Assembly: GCA_964016885.1 (NCBI GenBank)
Contig: OZ024748.1
Span: 31,868,001-31,932,000 of the forward strand
Direction: 5' to 3'
DNA length: 64,000 nucleotides
Source of the DNA: Eledone cirrhosa
Lineage: Eukaryota
Within the stretch, counting starts at the first letter, position 1. Every line of letters begins with the position of its first letter. The notes under the pieces were generated by a model, which was given only the letters and a program-made list of their open reading frames with translations, did no database searches and was not told where the DNA came from. Both the position numbers and the translations under genes were made by a program. Shown here in pieces: positions 1 to 15,005 of this stretch.

Positions 1-239
1 TATGACTGACGCTTAAACAATTAAGTTAAAAATGTACATCCACATATGTATACTGAAATACTAGTATGCATATGAATACACACACGTGTACATATGTAGA
101 TGTACCGAGTTTTTCACTGGACACTTTACTGTGAGTGTCCAGCTATTCTGTATGTAAACACACAGACAAACCGGTTTTTAGAGTCATACTGGTTTTCGAG
201 GATAAACCTTTCCTCTATTCTCCAGAAAGCCAGACAAGG

Positions 240-284
240 AATATTGGACTAGTTTCGATGTTGTTACATCTCATCAGCAATATT
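240..284 (-). ncRNA. Minimal type I hammerhead ribozyme (family A)
   Basis: Reverse complement of 366-410. Confidence 0.88.
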
Positions 285-365
285 TACCTATCTTCCGGCC
301 TTTCTAGAGAATCGTAAAAGCACATATCGTTATATGCTTTCTCTAGAAAGGCCGGAAGATAGGTA

Positions 366-410
366 AATATTGCTGATGAGATGTAACAACATCGAAACTA
401 GTCCAATATT
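366..410 (+). ncRNA. Minimal type I hammerhead ribozyme (family A)
   Basis: AATATTG-CTGATGA-GATG(taacaa)CATC-GAAA-CTAG-TC-CAATATT: 7-bp stem I, canonical core, palindromic ACTAGT stem III, GUC site. Confidence 0.9.
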
Positions 411-698
411 CCTTGTCTGGCTTTCTGGAGAATAGAGGAAAGGTTTATCCTCGAAAACCAGTATGACTCTAAAAACCGGTTTGTCTGTGTGTTTACATAC
501 AGAATAGCTGGACACTCACAGTAAAGTGTCCAGTGAAAAACTCGGTACATCTACATATGTACACGTGTGTGTATTCATATGCATACTAGTATTTCAGTAT
601 ACATATGTGGATGTACATTTTTAACTTAATTGTTTAAGCGTCAGTCATACAAAAGTGAGTTACAAACGAAACGAAATTTAATTTCGTTTCGTTATTTG

Positions 699-1115
<417 letters not shown>

Positions 1116-1119
1116 TATA

Positions 1120-2260
1120 TAGACGTTAATTCTAACCACCCCAAAAATATATTAGACAACCTAGTAAAAAGTGTCTCCATTAGGATATCTAGCCTCGCCG
1201 CCAATGAAGATATCTTTAGAGCAGCAGCGCCCTATTACAACGAGGCCTTGGCCCGCAGCGGCTTTAGAGATAAGATCACCTACCTTAGTATAGCCCCACG
1301 CCCACCCAGGAAGAATAGACGAAGGCACATTAGCTGGTACACCCCCCCCCCCCTCTTCAACCGCGAAGTTTCAACACCTGTACCTAAAATTTTCTTCACT
1401 CTCTTACAAAAACACTTCCCCACCCAACATAGGTACTATACTATCCTTAATAAGAATACCATTAGACTCTCTTACTCTACCACACCTAATCTAGCTAGGA
1501 ACTTAGCCAACAATAACATCAAGAAGCTAAATAAGTCTACTTTCTCCGAAGCCCATCCAGCAACCGATAGCAACTGCAATTGCCCTGATAAGACGACCTG
1601 CCCTCTCAACAACAACTGTCTAAAAAAAGATCTCGTCTATATATGCGATGTACTCTCAGGCCCCGATGAAAAAAGAAACTCGTACATTGGGATGACTTCT
1701 AATAGTGACATTCGTTCCGGCGCCCAGACAAATCTAACCAAACTACACTCGCCGCCCACATCTGGCACCTTAAAAGGAACTCCATCCCCTTCAAAACCCA
1801 ATGGAGACTACTCCAGAGAGCGCGATCCTACACGGGAGGCCATAATTGCTGTGACCTCTGTATCTCCGAGAGCTATGAGATTCTATTCGCCAAAGGCCCT
1901 CTCCTCAACAAGATCTCGGAACACTCCCCTAATTGCATGCACAAGAACTATGCAAATTACAAAAACTACAGACCCACCCGGCCCCCCCGACTGACCCCCC
2001 CCATATCACCACCCACCCCTGTCCCCCATCCCAATTCCGTCCCTCCATCTCTCATTATTACCCTCTTTCCTCCCCTCTATCTCTCATTATTACCTTCTTT
2101 CCTCCCCTCCAGGTCTTATATATTGTGTTGTATGCCTCTGAGTAAAGTTCCGTGGCCGCACACACAAATTCACGTATATACCTGCTCATGTTTGCATATG
2201 TGCAGTTATGAACTGCTGCACGCACACGTTCGTGATTTATTTATCTATTTATCTGTATAT

Positions 2261-2291
<31 letters not shown>

Positions 2292-2758
2292 GTTACTTTA
2301 TTTACTTATTTATTTATTTATCTATTTATTTATTTACTTATTTACTGGTTTATTTGTTTATCTGTTTGTTTGTTTGTTTGTTTGTTTGTTTGTTAGTTAA
2401 CTCATTCATTTATTTATTAATTTATGAGTGAATGATTAGGTAATGAATAGATAAAGATAAAAGATAGGTAACGAATAGTGAATGGTAAATAGTAAATAAT
2501 AAATAGTAATTAATTACTTGATGATAATATTAATAACTTAGTAGTGATATTAATTATTTTAATCCTCTATCAGGCCCAGTTTAAAATTTAAAATTTAAAA
2601 TTTAAAATTTGTCCCACTACCATTATATTATAGACACATGTATGAGTGCGAACGAGTGCGTGTTTGTGCATATGCGTTTATGTGTACTTATTTGTATGTA
2701 TGTATGTGTATGTATGCGTGTGTGCTTGTATATGTGTATGTGTGTGTATGTATATATG

Positions 2759-2796
<38 letters not shown>

Positions 2797-3208
2797 TATG
2801 TATATGAGATTATATATGTATGTGTGTGTATATGCATATATGTATATATGTGTGAATGTATGTGTTTGTGTGTGTGTGTATGTATGTGTATGTATCTGTG
2901 TGCATATGTATGTATGTGTATGTATAGTATAGTTTATACTGAGAGACATACATACATGTAGGTGTGTATATATATATGTATATATATATATATATGTATG
3001 TACATATATATGTGTGTATGCGCATGTGTGTATGTGTAGATATATATATGTGTGTGTACGTGTATGCGTGTATATTTGTGTGTTTGTGTGTTTTCTTGTG
3101 TATATATGTATATATGTGTATGTATGTATGTGTGTGTGTGTGTGTATATGTATGTATGTGTATGTGTATATATATATGTGTATACACACACACATATATG
3201 TGTGTGTA

Positions 3209-3293
<85 letters not shown>

Positions 3294-3984
3294 ATGTATA
3301 TATATATGAGTGTATGTGTAGGTATGCACATGTATATATATATGTATGTGTGTGTATGTATATATATATATGTGTGTGTGTAAGTGTTTTTGTATGTGGT
3401 TGTGAGTATGTAAATATATTTTATTCCTTCCATTCTACAAAAACACTCTCGCCACCTGTGGCTTGTATGTTAACTTGACCACTCACCCCAGTCTGTGCCA
3501 TGATTCGGTCTTGTTTAATGTTTAATTTCTATTACCAACCCACCTAAAAAAATTTCCCTACTATATATCTGTTGAATTACTATTCTTGGGGTTTTTATTT
3601 ATTTATTTTTTAATTTATTTTCTTTATTTATTTATTCATTTATCTATTTATTCATTTATTTATTTATTTACTTATTTATTTATTTCAAAAAAGCACTCTG
3701 GCTAATTGACCACTCCCCAAAGAAAAAAAACGGCCTGTGCCATGAAGTGGTCCTGCGTATCTAAATACCCCCCTCCCCCCCCTTCCACCACCCCTCCCTT
3801 ACCACTACCTAAATGTATAAATACCAGAACTTAATATGACACCCAGCTTCCTGAAGATTTCATCTGAATGAAACAGTACTAGTCCTGTAGAAGCTCCTTC
3901 TATAAAATAAATTTTTTTTTACTCTGCCATGTATTGAGTACCTTACTTACTGTGGTTATCCCCGACTCAACTCGGGACCTACGT
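1120..3984 (+). mobile_element. 5'-truncated Penelope-like element: RT thumb, CNC-CP-C linker, disrupted GIY-YIG, microsatellite-rich 3' region and terminal HHR
   Basis: [61 protein letters not shown]; coding region disrupted near 1705; HHR at 3845. Confidence 0.88.
3845..3895 (+). ncRNA. Type I hammerhead ribozyme (family B)
   Basis: AGCTTC-CTGAAGA-tTTC(atct)GAAt-GAAA-CAG(tactagtc)CTG-TA-GAAGCT. Confidence 0.88.
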
Positions 3985-3989
3985 ATATG

Positions 3990-4022
3990 TGTGTATATAT
4001 ATATATATATATTAATATATAT

Positions 4023-4064
<42 letters not shown>

Positions 4065-4144
4065 ATATATATATTAATATATATATTGTATATATATATT
4101 AATATATATATTGTATATATATATATATATATCTTAATATATAT

Positions 4145-4200
<56 letters not shown>

Positions 4201-4253
4201 TATATATATCATATATATATATTGTATATATATATATATATATTAATATATAT

Positions 4254-4293
<40 letters not shown>

Positions 4294-4400
4294 TATATAT
4301 ATTGTATATATATATATATTGTATATATATATATATATATATTAATATATATATTGTATATATATATATATATTGTATATGTATATATATATATATATTG

Positions 4401-4434
<34 letters not shown>

Positions 4435-4851
4435 CTATATATATATATATATTGTATATATATATATATATTGTATATATATATATATATATTGTATATA
4501 TATATTGTATATATATATATATATATTAATATATATATTGTATATATATATATATATTGTATATATATATATATATATATATTAATATATATATTAATAT
4601 ATATATTGTATATATATATATATATTGTATATATATATATATATATATATTAATATATATATTGTATATATATATATATATATATATTGTATATATATAA
4701 ATATATATATTATATATATATATATATTGTATATATATATATATTGTATATATATATATTGTATATATATATATATTGTATATATATATATATATATATA
4801 TTGTATATATTGTATATATATGTATTGTATATATTGTATATATATGTATTG

Positions 4852-4888
<37 letters not shown>

Positions 4889-4905
4889 TATATATATATA
4901 TATAT

Positions 4906-4945
<40 letters not shown>

Positions 4946-5039
4946 ATATATATTGTATATATATATGTATTGTATATATAAATATATATATATATATTGT
5001 ATATATATATATATATATATATTGTATATATATATATAT

Positions 5040-5101
<62 letters not shown>

Positions 5102-5117
5102 ATATATATATATATAT

Positions 5118-5175
<58 letters not shown>

Positions 5176-5187
5176 TATTGTATATAT

Positions 5188-5236
<49 letters not shown>

Positions 5237-5290
5237 TGTATATATAAATATATATATATATATATTGTATATATATATATATATATATAA
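3990..5290. repeat. ~1.3 kb (TA)n/(TATTG) low-complexity tract
   Basis: Direct reading. Confidence 0.97.
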
Positions 5291-5326
5291 TATATAAGAT
5301 CAAAAGATGGTTAAAAGAGTTCCATG

Positions 5327-5397
5327 TATTTTGTTCTGCGCATTTCAAAAACTAATATCATCATACAATAACATTTGTGTTTTCATCAGATAAAATA
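5327..5397 (-). ncRNA. Degenerate hammerhead (family C), U16.1 changed to G
   Basis: Minus strand reads CTGATGA...GAAA-TGCGCA-GA-ACAAAATA. Confidence 0.7.
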
Positions 5398-5578
5398 GGA
5401 AGACATGATATGAAGGTTAAAAAACACTTGTCGATAATGCAGTTTTAAATCAACATATGAAAAGTAGTTTAGTTTTTTTTTTCCCCAATATCACACATCA
5501 ATCTAAAACTACTTTTCATATGTTGATTTAAAACTGCACTATCCACAAGTGTTTTTTAACCTTCATATCATGTCTTCC

Positions 5579-5649
5579 TATTTTATCTGATGAAAACACA
5601 AATGTTATTGCATGATGATATTTGTTTTTGAAATGCGCATAATAAAATA
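5579..5649 (+). ncRNA. Type I hammerhead ribozyme (family C) with long stem II
   Basis: TATTTTAT-CTGATGA-[36-nt hairpin]-GAAA-TGCGCA-TA-ATAAAATA; palindromic ATGCGCAT stem III. Confidence 0.88.
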
Positions 5650-6083
5650 CATGGAACTCTTTTAACCATCTTTTGATCTTATATATTATGTATACTCCAG
5701 TCCTACAAACTGTAGAGTGCTTCTAATCCGATATCTGCATTGCTTTATTGTACTACAATAAAACTCACCTCCTACATTATATATATATATATATATATTG
5801 TATATATATATATATATATAAACGGAAAAATGAAACGAAATTTCATTTCCCACTCTTAGTACAGCTGTTACTTAAATATAAGTATGTACACGTACATACA
5901 TATATGTATACAGACGTACAGTAGTATGTATATATATATACATACATGCACACATATATATATGTACGTATGGATTCACCGAACATTTATTATAATGCTC
6001 GGTGTGTTTGTAAACAAACATCCCGTATTAAGCCGAAGAGTCCAGCAACCATCGTTGCTCGTTTGTTCAACATTGACAAAGGA

Positions 6084-6126
6084 ACGCTGTACTAGCTTCA
6101 AGCTTATTAGCTATCGTCAGCAAGGT
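6084..6126 (-). ncRNA. Minimal hammerhead (family D), GAAG variant
   Basis: Minus strand: accTTG-CTGACGA-tAGCT(aata)AGCTt-GAAG-CTAG-TA-CAGcgt. Confidence 0.72.
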
Positions 6127-6548
6127 ATACCTTTCTACCAGATTGTTGAACGTATATACTTACCTTATGCATATTAACGGCTGAATAGCCCAATTTGCAT
6201 ATCGAGTAGGTTAATCGGCAAGGTGCACCGAAAATGATAAACGGAAAAAATGAAACGAGATTTCATTTCCCACTCTTAGTACGGCTGTTACTTAAATATA
6301 AGTATGTACACGTACATACATATATGTATACAGACTACAGTAGTATGTATATATACATACATGCACACATATATATATATGTACGTATGGATACTAAGAG
6401 TGGGAAATGAAAAATTTCGTTTCATTTTTTCCGTTTATGGTTTTCGGTGCACCCGGCCGATTAACCCACTCGATATGCAAATTGGGCTACTCAGCCGTTA
6501 ATATGCATAAGGTAAGTATATACGTTCAACAATCTGGCAGGAAGGTAT

Positions 6549-6591
6549 ACGTTGCTGACGATAACTAATAAGCTTGAAGCTAGTACAGCGT
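6549..6591 (+). ncRNA. Minimal hammerhead (family D), GAAG variant
   Basis: ACGTTG-CTGACGA-taactaataagctt-GAAG-CTAG-TA-CAGCGT. Confidence 0.72.
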
Positions 6592-6792
6592 TCCTTTGTC
6601 AATGTTGAACAAACGAGCAACGATGGTTGCTGGACACTGCGGCTTAATACGGGATGTTTGTTTACAAACAAACCGAGCATTATAATAAATGTTCGGTGAA
6701 TCCATACGTACATATATATATGTGTGCATGTATGTATATATATATACATACTACTGTACGTCTGTATACATATATGTATGTACGTGTATATA

Positions 6793-6827
<35 letters not shown>

Positions 6828-7053
6828 GGGGTAACAAATAATAGTTATATCCAGTCCCCTTAGGTATAGTCCAGTTATGGTATTCCGGGTAGTGGATGAT
6901 ATCAACGCTAGGGCTTGGTTTGACTCAACAAGGCGTATTCATAGTGATGTTGCGAGTATGCTGTAATTCCTATGTTGTAAACACTTGGAGTAATAATAAA
7001 TCAGGAAAGAAGATTGACATGGTTTGCAATACAAAAAAGATTTTTAATCTCAT

Positions 7054-7161
7054 TGCTGATAATTGTTTCTCTGAACTGGTAGGTCTAGAGATCACTATTC
7101 GCTTGTTTTCACGTTACTCGATCGCCAATACAAAATTATAACCAGTCAGTTCTTCGGAGCA
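7054..7161 (-). ncRNA. Hammerhead-like motif (family E), CCGAAGA core
   Basis: Inverted copy of 8080-8187; stem III reads CAATTA. Confidence 0.6.
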
Positions 7162-7617
7162 TGCGAGAATGAAGAGAATATACAGGCATGAAAGGAATAT
7201 ACAGGCTACTATATGAAGTAGTAATGGCATTCAGTTAGAACAATAACAACAATTACAACAATGCTAGTAATAAATTATTTGAGGAGACCCTGACATTACA
7301 TTAGGTGGGGGGTATAGTGTATCTAAGATTTCGGCGTGTAAAACTAGCTGACATGAAGCAGAAGTATAAGTTTGGCATGTCGTAGGGTGTATTGTATCAA
7401 TTTTAAAGATAAGCCGGTGTTTATCACCAATATAGGTCAGGTGGCCGTAATGTTCAGTATTTATCTGACCGACGAAGTATTTATCATTGAGTAGAAATTG
7501 TGTGGTCTACATTAGATGAGAATACAGTCTTTCTTTTCATCTTCAATAACATACATGTATGGGACAACACTGTCAAAGCTAAATAGTGGGCGAGTTAATA
7601 CAGAGGTTAAGGAGGTA

Positions 7618-7707
<90 letters not shown>

Positions 7708-8079
7708 GTATATACACACACACATATATATACACACGCATGTGTACATAGACACGTACATACACATCAATATACACTCGTACAAAAATATACATACATG
7801 CAAAGAGATAAGCGTGCTGATTGTAATTATGGCAAAAGGAAGGTAAAGTTACATTGTATTCTCATCTAATGTAGACCACACAAATTCTACTCAATGATAA
7901 TACACGCCGAAATCTTAGATACACTATACCCCCCACCTAATGTAATGTCAGGGTCTCCTCAAATAATTTATTACTAGCATTGTTGTAATTGTTGTTATTG
8001 TTCTAACTGAATGCCATTACTACTTCATATAGTAGCCTGTATATTCCTTTCATGCCTGTATATTCTCTTCATTCTCGCA

Positions 8080-8187
8080 TGCTCCGAAGAACTGACTGGT
8101 TATAATTTTGTATTGGCGATCGAGTAACGTGAAAACAAGCGAATAGCGATCTCTAGACCTACCAGTTCAGAGAAACAATTGTCAGCA
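8080..8187 (+). ncRNA. Hammerhead-like motif (family E), U4C core, ~80-nt stem II
   Basis: TGCT-CCGAAGA-aCTGA-CTGGT...ACCAG-t-TCAGa-GAAA-CAATTG-TC-AGCA. Confidence 0.7.
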
Positions 8188-8342
8188 ATGAGATTAAAAA
8201 CCTTTTTTGTATTGCAAACCATGTCAATCGTCTTTCCTGATTTATATATATATATATATACGTTATTCCGGGTTGAATCAGAGGTAACCACAGTAAGTAG
8301 GTACTCAATACATTGCAGAGTATAAAAGTTTTAATATAGATG

Positions 8343-8393
8343 AGATTCTACAGGACTAGAACTGTTTCATTCTTTAGAAATCATCATGAATCT
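8343..8393 (-). ncRNA. Degenerate hammerhead (family B), C3A
   Basis: Minus strand AGATTC-ATGATGA-...; otherwise matches 20762-20812. Confidence 0.75.
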
Positions 8394-8937
8394 GGGTATC
8401 AAAAAATAAGTATGGTATTTATAGGTCTCTACAAGTGGTAGGAGAGGGTGGGGAGTGGGATGGGTGTAGGTCATTGGTTGATAGAAAAGGGAATTCATTA
8501 AAAGCTAATTCTACAAAGCTATCATTTATTTTTATTTTTATTTTTAGAGTAACAAAGGCAGAAAGAATTCCATAAACAGGTTCAGGATGGCATGCCACTC
8601 CTTATTAAGTTTCTCTTAAGCTAACAGGTGTCTATAAGATCAGTGGGGGTCAGTCATGGTAAATATATGTAAAGGAAAGGGAGATTCTTTAAAAGCTAAA
8701 TTCTTTAAGGTTCTACTAAGTAACAATGGTTTAGAGAATTCTGTAAACAAATTCAAAATATTGAGTGCATATCTTACAATTATCCTCATCCTCAAATTTC
8801 TCTTAAACTATTCAAGTATATGCCAAAAATCAACGGACACATTCACAAAACACACTCACTCACACATTCGCGCGCACCCATAAACACACACACTTACACA
8901 TATACATATATATACACACACACATACACAAATATAT

Positions 8938-8995
<58 letters not shown>

Positions 8996-9019
8996 ATATA
9001 TACATGTATGTATATACAT

Positions 9020-9074
<55 letters not shown>

Positions 9075-9096
9075 TACATATACACATATATACATA

Positions 9097-9137
<41 letters not shown>

Positions 9138-9215
9138 TCACTCACACACACACATATACACACACATACACATATAAATATATATACACATATACACACA
9201 TACATATACACATAT

Positions 9216-9272
<57 letters not shown>

Positions 9273-9283
9273 TACATATACAC

Positions 9284-9360
<77 letters not shown>

Positions 9361-9367
<7 letters not shown>

Positions 9368-10480
9368 AGCACCCAAACACTTAAATTGGGTTTATATTAA
9401 AATATAACCTAATGTTTGTTGAGTGAGATGGTTACCAGACAGAGATTAGCTTTAAACTATCTCTGTTATTGTATTAATATGTTACTCTTGATTGGCCAGA
9501 GGTGTTTATTTCCAGGTACCTTATAAATTTGACTTTCCGTATTTATTACTGTTGTGCGATATCGTGGTTTTTATTGGTTGTAACATCTATGTTTTTTAGC
9601 CTAGGAAAATATATATATGCATATGTATATAATTACATGCATACATTTATTTTTTTTAATTAATTGAGTTCTTTACACGAGGAATTGATATTAGTTTTGA
9701 AATAACTAATTAACCCGCGTGTGTTTTATATTTTACTCTTACTTCGGCCGGAGATTTACATTCCCATTTGCCCTTTAAAGCATAACTTTCCGTATTTACT
9801 ACGGTTACGAGATGCGGTTTCTTATTCAGGTACAACCTCTGTTTTTAGCCTAAGAAAATATCTATATGCGTGTGTAATTTATACACGCATATATTTATTT
9901 TTTTAATTTCAATTGAGTTCTTAACACGTTGGATTGATAATGTTTTCGAAAAAACTGATTAACCCGCGTGTATATTATTTTTTTTCTTCCTTTCGTGGAT
10001 CGTAGTTGTCTCCCCTTCCCGCTTAGTGACGCTATAATACTTCCTCGGTCAAAAACTGCTGGAATTTCAAATTTGCCGGTCATTCGATGCGGGAAGGAGA
10101 AACTTAACCGACACGATTTTTAACTGTGGTAAGAAATGTTTTTCTTATATCAAAGTTTATTGGGCTTCCACTGATGATTTATAAGAGCCCACCTAAATAT
10201 ATTCTTACATGAATGTATATTAGGCTTCTACATAAACTGGAAATATTCTCCGACTTTGTAGAAAACTTATAATGAAACAATTGTTTGGAAAGAGAGATAT
10301 ATTTTAACCTTAATTATATCTCATAAAATAATACAACTGGCTTTTCCGCATAATACATATTGTTAGCACCCCAAACACTTAAATTCGGTTTATATTAAAA
10401 TATAACCTAATGTTTGTTGAGTGAGATGGTTACCAGTCAGAGATTAGCTTTAAACTATCTCTGTTATTTTATTAATATTA
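9361..10480 (+). mobile_element. Non-coding ~1-kb HHR element with ~120-bp terminal direct repeats, embedded in (TA)n
   Basis: tattgttagcacccaaacac... at 9361 and 10358 (period 997); HHR at 10166; internal ~250-bp diverged duplication. Confidence 0.8.
10166..10290 (+). ncRNA. Type I hammerhead (family F) with ~96-nt stem II domain
   Basis: TTCCA-CTGATGA-tTTATAAG...CTTATAAt-GAAA-CAATTG-TT-TGGAA. Confidence 0.82.
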
Positions 10481-10511
10481 TATATATATATATATAAATA
10501 TATACACATAT

Positions 10512-10566
<55 letters not shown>

Positions 10567-10632
10567 TACATACACACATACATATATACATATATATATA
10601 CATATATACATATATATATACATATATACACA

Positions 10633-10672
<40 letters not shown>

Positions 10673-10691
10673 CATTCACATACATACATAT

Positions 10692-10746
<55 letters not shown>

Positions 10747-10953
10747 AATACATACATATACATATACATATATACACATACACACAAGTATACACACACA
10801 TACATACGTACACACATACACACATACATATACATAAATAAATAAATATATATATATATACACACACACGTACATACATACACCTACATATACACATATA
10901 CACACATATATATATACACATACACATATATATATATATACATATAAACACAC

Positions 10954-11046
<93 letters not shown>

Positions 11047-11138
11047 ATATATATACATACACATACACACATACACACATACCTATATATATACATATAC
11101 ACACATATATACACACATACATATACACACACGCACAC

Positions 11139-11213
<75 letters not shown>

Positions 11214-11300
11214 CACACATATATACACACACACATACACACATATACATACATATATATATGCACACATATATATACACACATACACATATATATACAT

Positions 11301-11339
<39 letters not shown>

Positions 11340-11458
11340 CACACACACACATATATACACATATATACACACACACACATATATACATATATGTACATAT
11401 ACACACACATACACACATACATATACATACATACATACACAAACATGCATATATATAC

Positions 11459-11523
<65 letters not shown>

Positions 11524-11833
11524 TACATATATATATGTATATATATACACACATATATACACATACATATGTGCACACATACATATACATACACATACAT
11601 ATACATACACAAACATATACATATACACACATACACACAAATATATACACATACAAATAAATAAGTACTCAATAAATATACGCATATACACAGGCACATA
11701 AAAACAGCTCTACAGGCAGAAAATGCAGATAGGTAAGAGGTACTCACATAACCATAGTGGCCGTATTTTAGGTTGAGGATGGGTGGGGGTAGCGTGGGAA
11801 GGAGGTATAGGGGCCAATAGGAGGAGGTCGTTT

Positions 11834-12767
11834 TTAGCCATCGGGCTTTAACACTGGCTTAAAGTGTTTGAATGTTGCAAAGTTCTTGTGCATGCAGTTC
11901 GGGCAGTGTTCAGAGAGTTTGTTCAGTAGTGGGCCCTTGGCGAATAAAATTTCGTAGCTATCTGAGATACAAAGCTCGCAGCCCTTGTGTCCTCCGTTGT
12001 AAGAGCGCGCTTTCTGGAGTATTTTCCATTTAAACGTGAAGGGGTGGAGTTCCTTTTGAGGTCCCAAACATAGGAGGCGAGTGTTGTCTGGTTTGATTTG
12101 TCCGGTCTGCTGAAGGAGTGGGTATGGGCATACCAACAGGTCTTAAAGTTGTTGGAGGTCATGCCGATGTAAGTTTTTTGCAATCATCGGTGCCTGAGAT
12201 GACATCGCATTTGTATACGATATCATTTGTGAGGCACTTGTTTTCAAGTGGGCATGCTTCCTTATTTAGGCAATTACACAGAGCCCCAGTCCGGGGTTTG
12301 GGTTTGGAAGTGGTTGGCTTATTTAATTTTTTAGAATTGTGGTTGTCTATATTCCTAGCTAGGTTAGGTGTTGTGGAGTAGGAGAGTCTTATTGTGTTCT
12401 TATTAAAGATGGTGTGGTACCTATGTTGTATGGGGAAGTGTAATTTCAGCAAAGTGAAAAAAATCCTAGCTATCGGTGTAGAGACCTCTCTATTGAAGGG
12501 AGGGTTGTACCAGCTAATCTGCCTATGTCTATTCCTCCTCTGCAATCTTGCGGTGGTTTCTAGGTATCTTATCTTTTCTTTAAATTCGCTGCGGGCGATG
12601 CAGATGCGGGCGAGGCAGATGCGTTAAAAATATCTTTGTTGGCGGAGAGGCCAGATATTCTAATAGAAACGCTTTTTACTGGGTTATCAGTGATGTTTTG
12701 GGGGTGGTTTGAATTAACATTAATATATCTAAGGGACTCGTTAGGTTTGTGGTACGGGTAATAGAGG
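11834..12767 (-). pseudogene. PLE RT thumb plus GIY-YIG endonuclease, frameshifted and 5'-truncated
   Basis: YPYHKP..SNHP, WYNPPFN, CNCLNKEACPLENKC, IVY..YIGMT, CELC..CMH spread over several frames. Confidence 0.9.
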
Positions 12768-13324
12768 GACAACACTCGCCTCCTATGTTTGGGACCTCAA
12801 AAGGAACTCCACCCCCTTCACGCTTAAATGTAAAATACTCCAGAAAGCGCGCTCTTACAACGGAGGACACAAGGGCTGCGACCTTTTATCTCAGAGAGCT
12901 ACGAAATTTTATTCGCCAAGGGCCCGCTACTGAACAAACTCTTTGAACACTGCCCGAACTGCATGCACAAGAACTTTGCAACTTTCAAACACTTTAAACC
13001 AGTGTTAAAGCCCGATGGCTAAAAACGACCTCCTCCTATTGGCCCCTATACCTCCTTCCCACCCTACCCCCACCCCTCCTCAACCTGAAATACGGCCACT
13101 ATGGTTATGTGAGTACCTCTTACCTATCTGCATTTTCTGCCTGTAGAGCTGTTTTTATGTGCCTGCGTATATGCGTATATTTATTGAGTACTTATTTATT
13201 TGTATGTGTATATATTTGTGTGTATGTGTGTATATGTTTGTGTATGTATATGTATGTGTATGTGTGCACATATGTATGTGTATATATGTGTGTATATATA
13301 TACATGTATATATGTATATATGTA

Positions 13325-13367
<43 letters not shown>

Positions 13368-13385
13368 ATATATATATATATATAC

Positions 13386-13423
<38 letters not shown>

Positions 13424-13605
13424 GACGTAAATAAGAAAGTTATGAAAATTGACTTACTTACTAAAATTTCACTCCAACTAATTAGTTTCTGTAAGGGGAT
13501 AAATATTCCCCTGCATAGAACCACAAAGTTACTAAGACAAAACATATATATCTGCTAGCATAGGTATGCATCTGTATACATATGTCGGTAGATATATTAA
13601 TTCTT

Positions 13606-13640
<35 letters not shown>

Positions 13641-13741
13641 GTGTATGTATGTATGTATATGTATGTGTGTATGTGTGTGTATATGTATATATACGTATAT
13701 ATGTGTGTGTATGTGTGTGTATCTTTGTGTGCGTGTGTGTG

Positions 13742-13813
<72 letters not shown>

Positions 13814-13950
13814 TGTGTGTGTGTGGTATTTGTGTGTATGTGTTTGTGTGGTTCTCTCTTTCTGTGTGTATTTATTTATTTATTATTTATATATGTGTGT
13901 GTGTGTATATATGTGTATATATATATGTGTGTGTGTATATATATATATAT

Positions 13951-14235
13951 ACAAGTGCAGAGAGATCTCCAGATACAAAGCAATGCCTGTGCCGTGTATA
14001 TATATATATACACACGGCACAGGCATTGCTTTGTATCTGGAGATCTCTCTGCACTTGTCGTCACATGGTACCATGGGCCTAGCACTATGTGTCAATAATT
14101 GTCACAGGTGTAGTGTTTATACCAGAGTTTTCAAGTCGCTGGCTGGACTAAAGTTACATTCGTTCAGCGCATCGGTAGGAGTTCTCCTACATGGATATAA
14201 AGTAGTGGCCGTACTCGAAAACGAGTTGGCAGCCA

Positions 14236-14237
<2 letters not shown>
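13951..14237 (+). mobile_element. 3' fragment of the ~600-bp repeat family of 57871-64000, with a 46-bp fold-back at its 5' end
   Basis: 14013-14237 is the reverse complement of the start of 57871; 13951-13996 pairs with 14013-14058. Confidence 0.85.
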
Positions 14238-14301
<64 letters not shown>

Positions 14302-14392
14302 ATGTATATATATGTGTATGTGTGTATATATATGTGTGCATATATATATGTATGTATATGTGTGTATGTGTGTGTGTATATATGTGTGTATA

Positions 14393-14440
<48 letters not shown>

Positions 14441-14601
14441 AATAAAATACTTAGGTTAATAGGAGTTAGGTATTGTATACCCGTGTATATAGATATATGT
14501 ATGTGTGTGTGTGTGTGTGTATATGTATGTGTGTATATATGTGTGTATATGTATATATATAGGTAGGTGTGTATGTATGTATGTGTATGTGTATTTATAT
14601 A

Positions 14602-14670
<69 letters not shown>

Positions 14671-14768
14671 ATATATATATATGTATATGTGTGTTTATAT
14701 GTATATATATATGTGTATGTGTATATATATATATGTGTATATGTGTATATGTAGGTGTATGTATGTAC

Positions 14769-14820
<52 letters not shown>

Positions 14821-14911
14821 CGAAGGAAATGTGGTTAGGAACCAGGTGGACCATAACGCACCAAAGTACTCAATACTTAGGGTAGTAGAGTGGGTAATAG
14901 GAACGAGTAAG

Positions 14912-15005
14912 ACCCCGACGGCTGAGCTCAAGCCGTTTCGACGGCAAATTCTGGACTAAATGAAAATGTATCCTGGTATTTGAATAGCCGAGCTTCTCAA
15001 GAGGT
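14912..15005 (-). ncRNA. Type I hammerhead (family G), U3-A8 core
   Basis: Minus strand ACCTC-TTGAGAA-...-GAAA-CGGCT(tgagctc)AGCCG-TC-GGGGT. Confidence 0.8.

Larger units (their letters stand above)
1..649. repeat. Inverted repeat (arms 1-311 and 339-649, 27-nt spacer), pseudo-LTR-like, one HHR per arm; may extend beyond window start
   Basis: Mirror coordinates sum to 650; ORF track shows the same 60-aa peptide on both strands. Confidence 0.95.
5286..5690. repeat. Inverted repeat (arms ~5286-5470 and 5506-5690) carrying an HHR pair
   Basis: Mirror coordinates sum to 10976; arms differ by several substitutions. Confidence 0.92.
5821..6800. mobile_element. Non-coding ~420-bp HHR-bearing unit (family D): ~1.35 tandem copies on minus plus one inverted copy
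   Basis: aacggaaaaatgaaacg recurs at 5821 and 6240; inversion near 6392; same family at 24170-24975. Confidence 0.85.
6995..8245. repeat. Inverted repeat (arms ~6995-7525 and ~7855-8245) with HHR pair (family E)
   Basis: HHR coordinates sum to 15241; right arm has an internal deletion. Confidence 0.88.
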
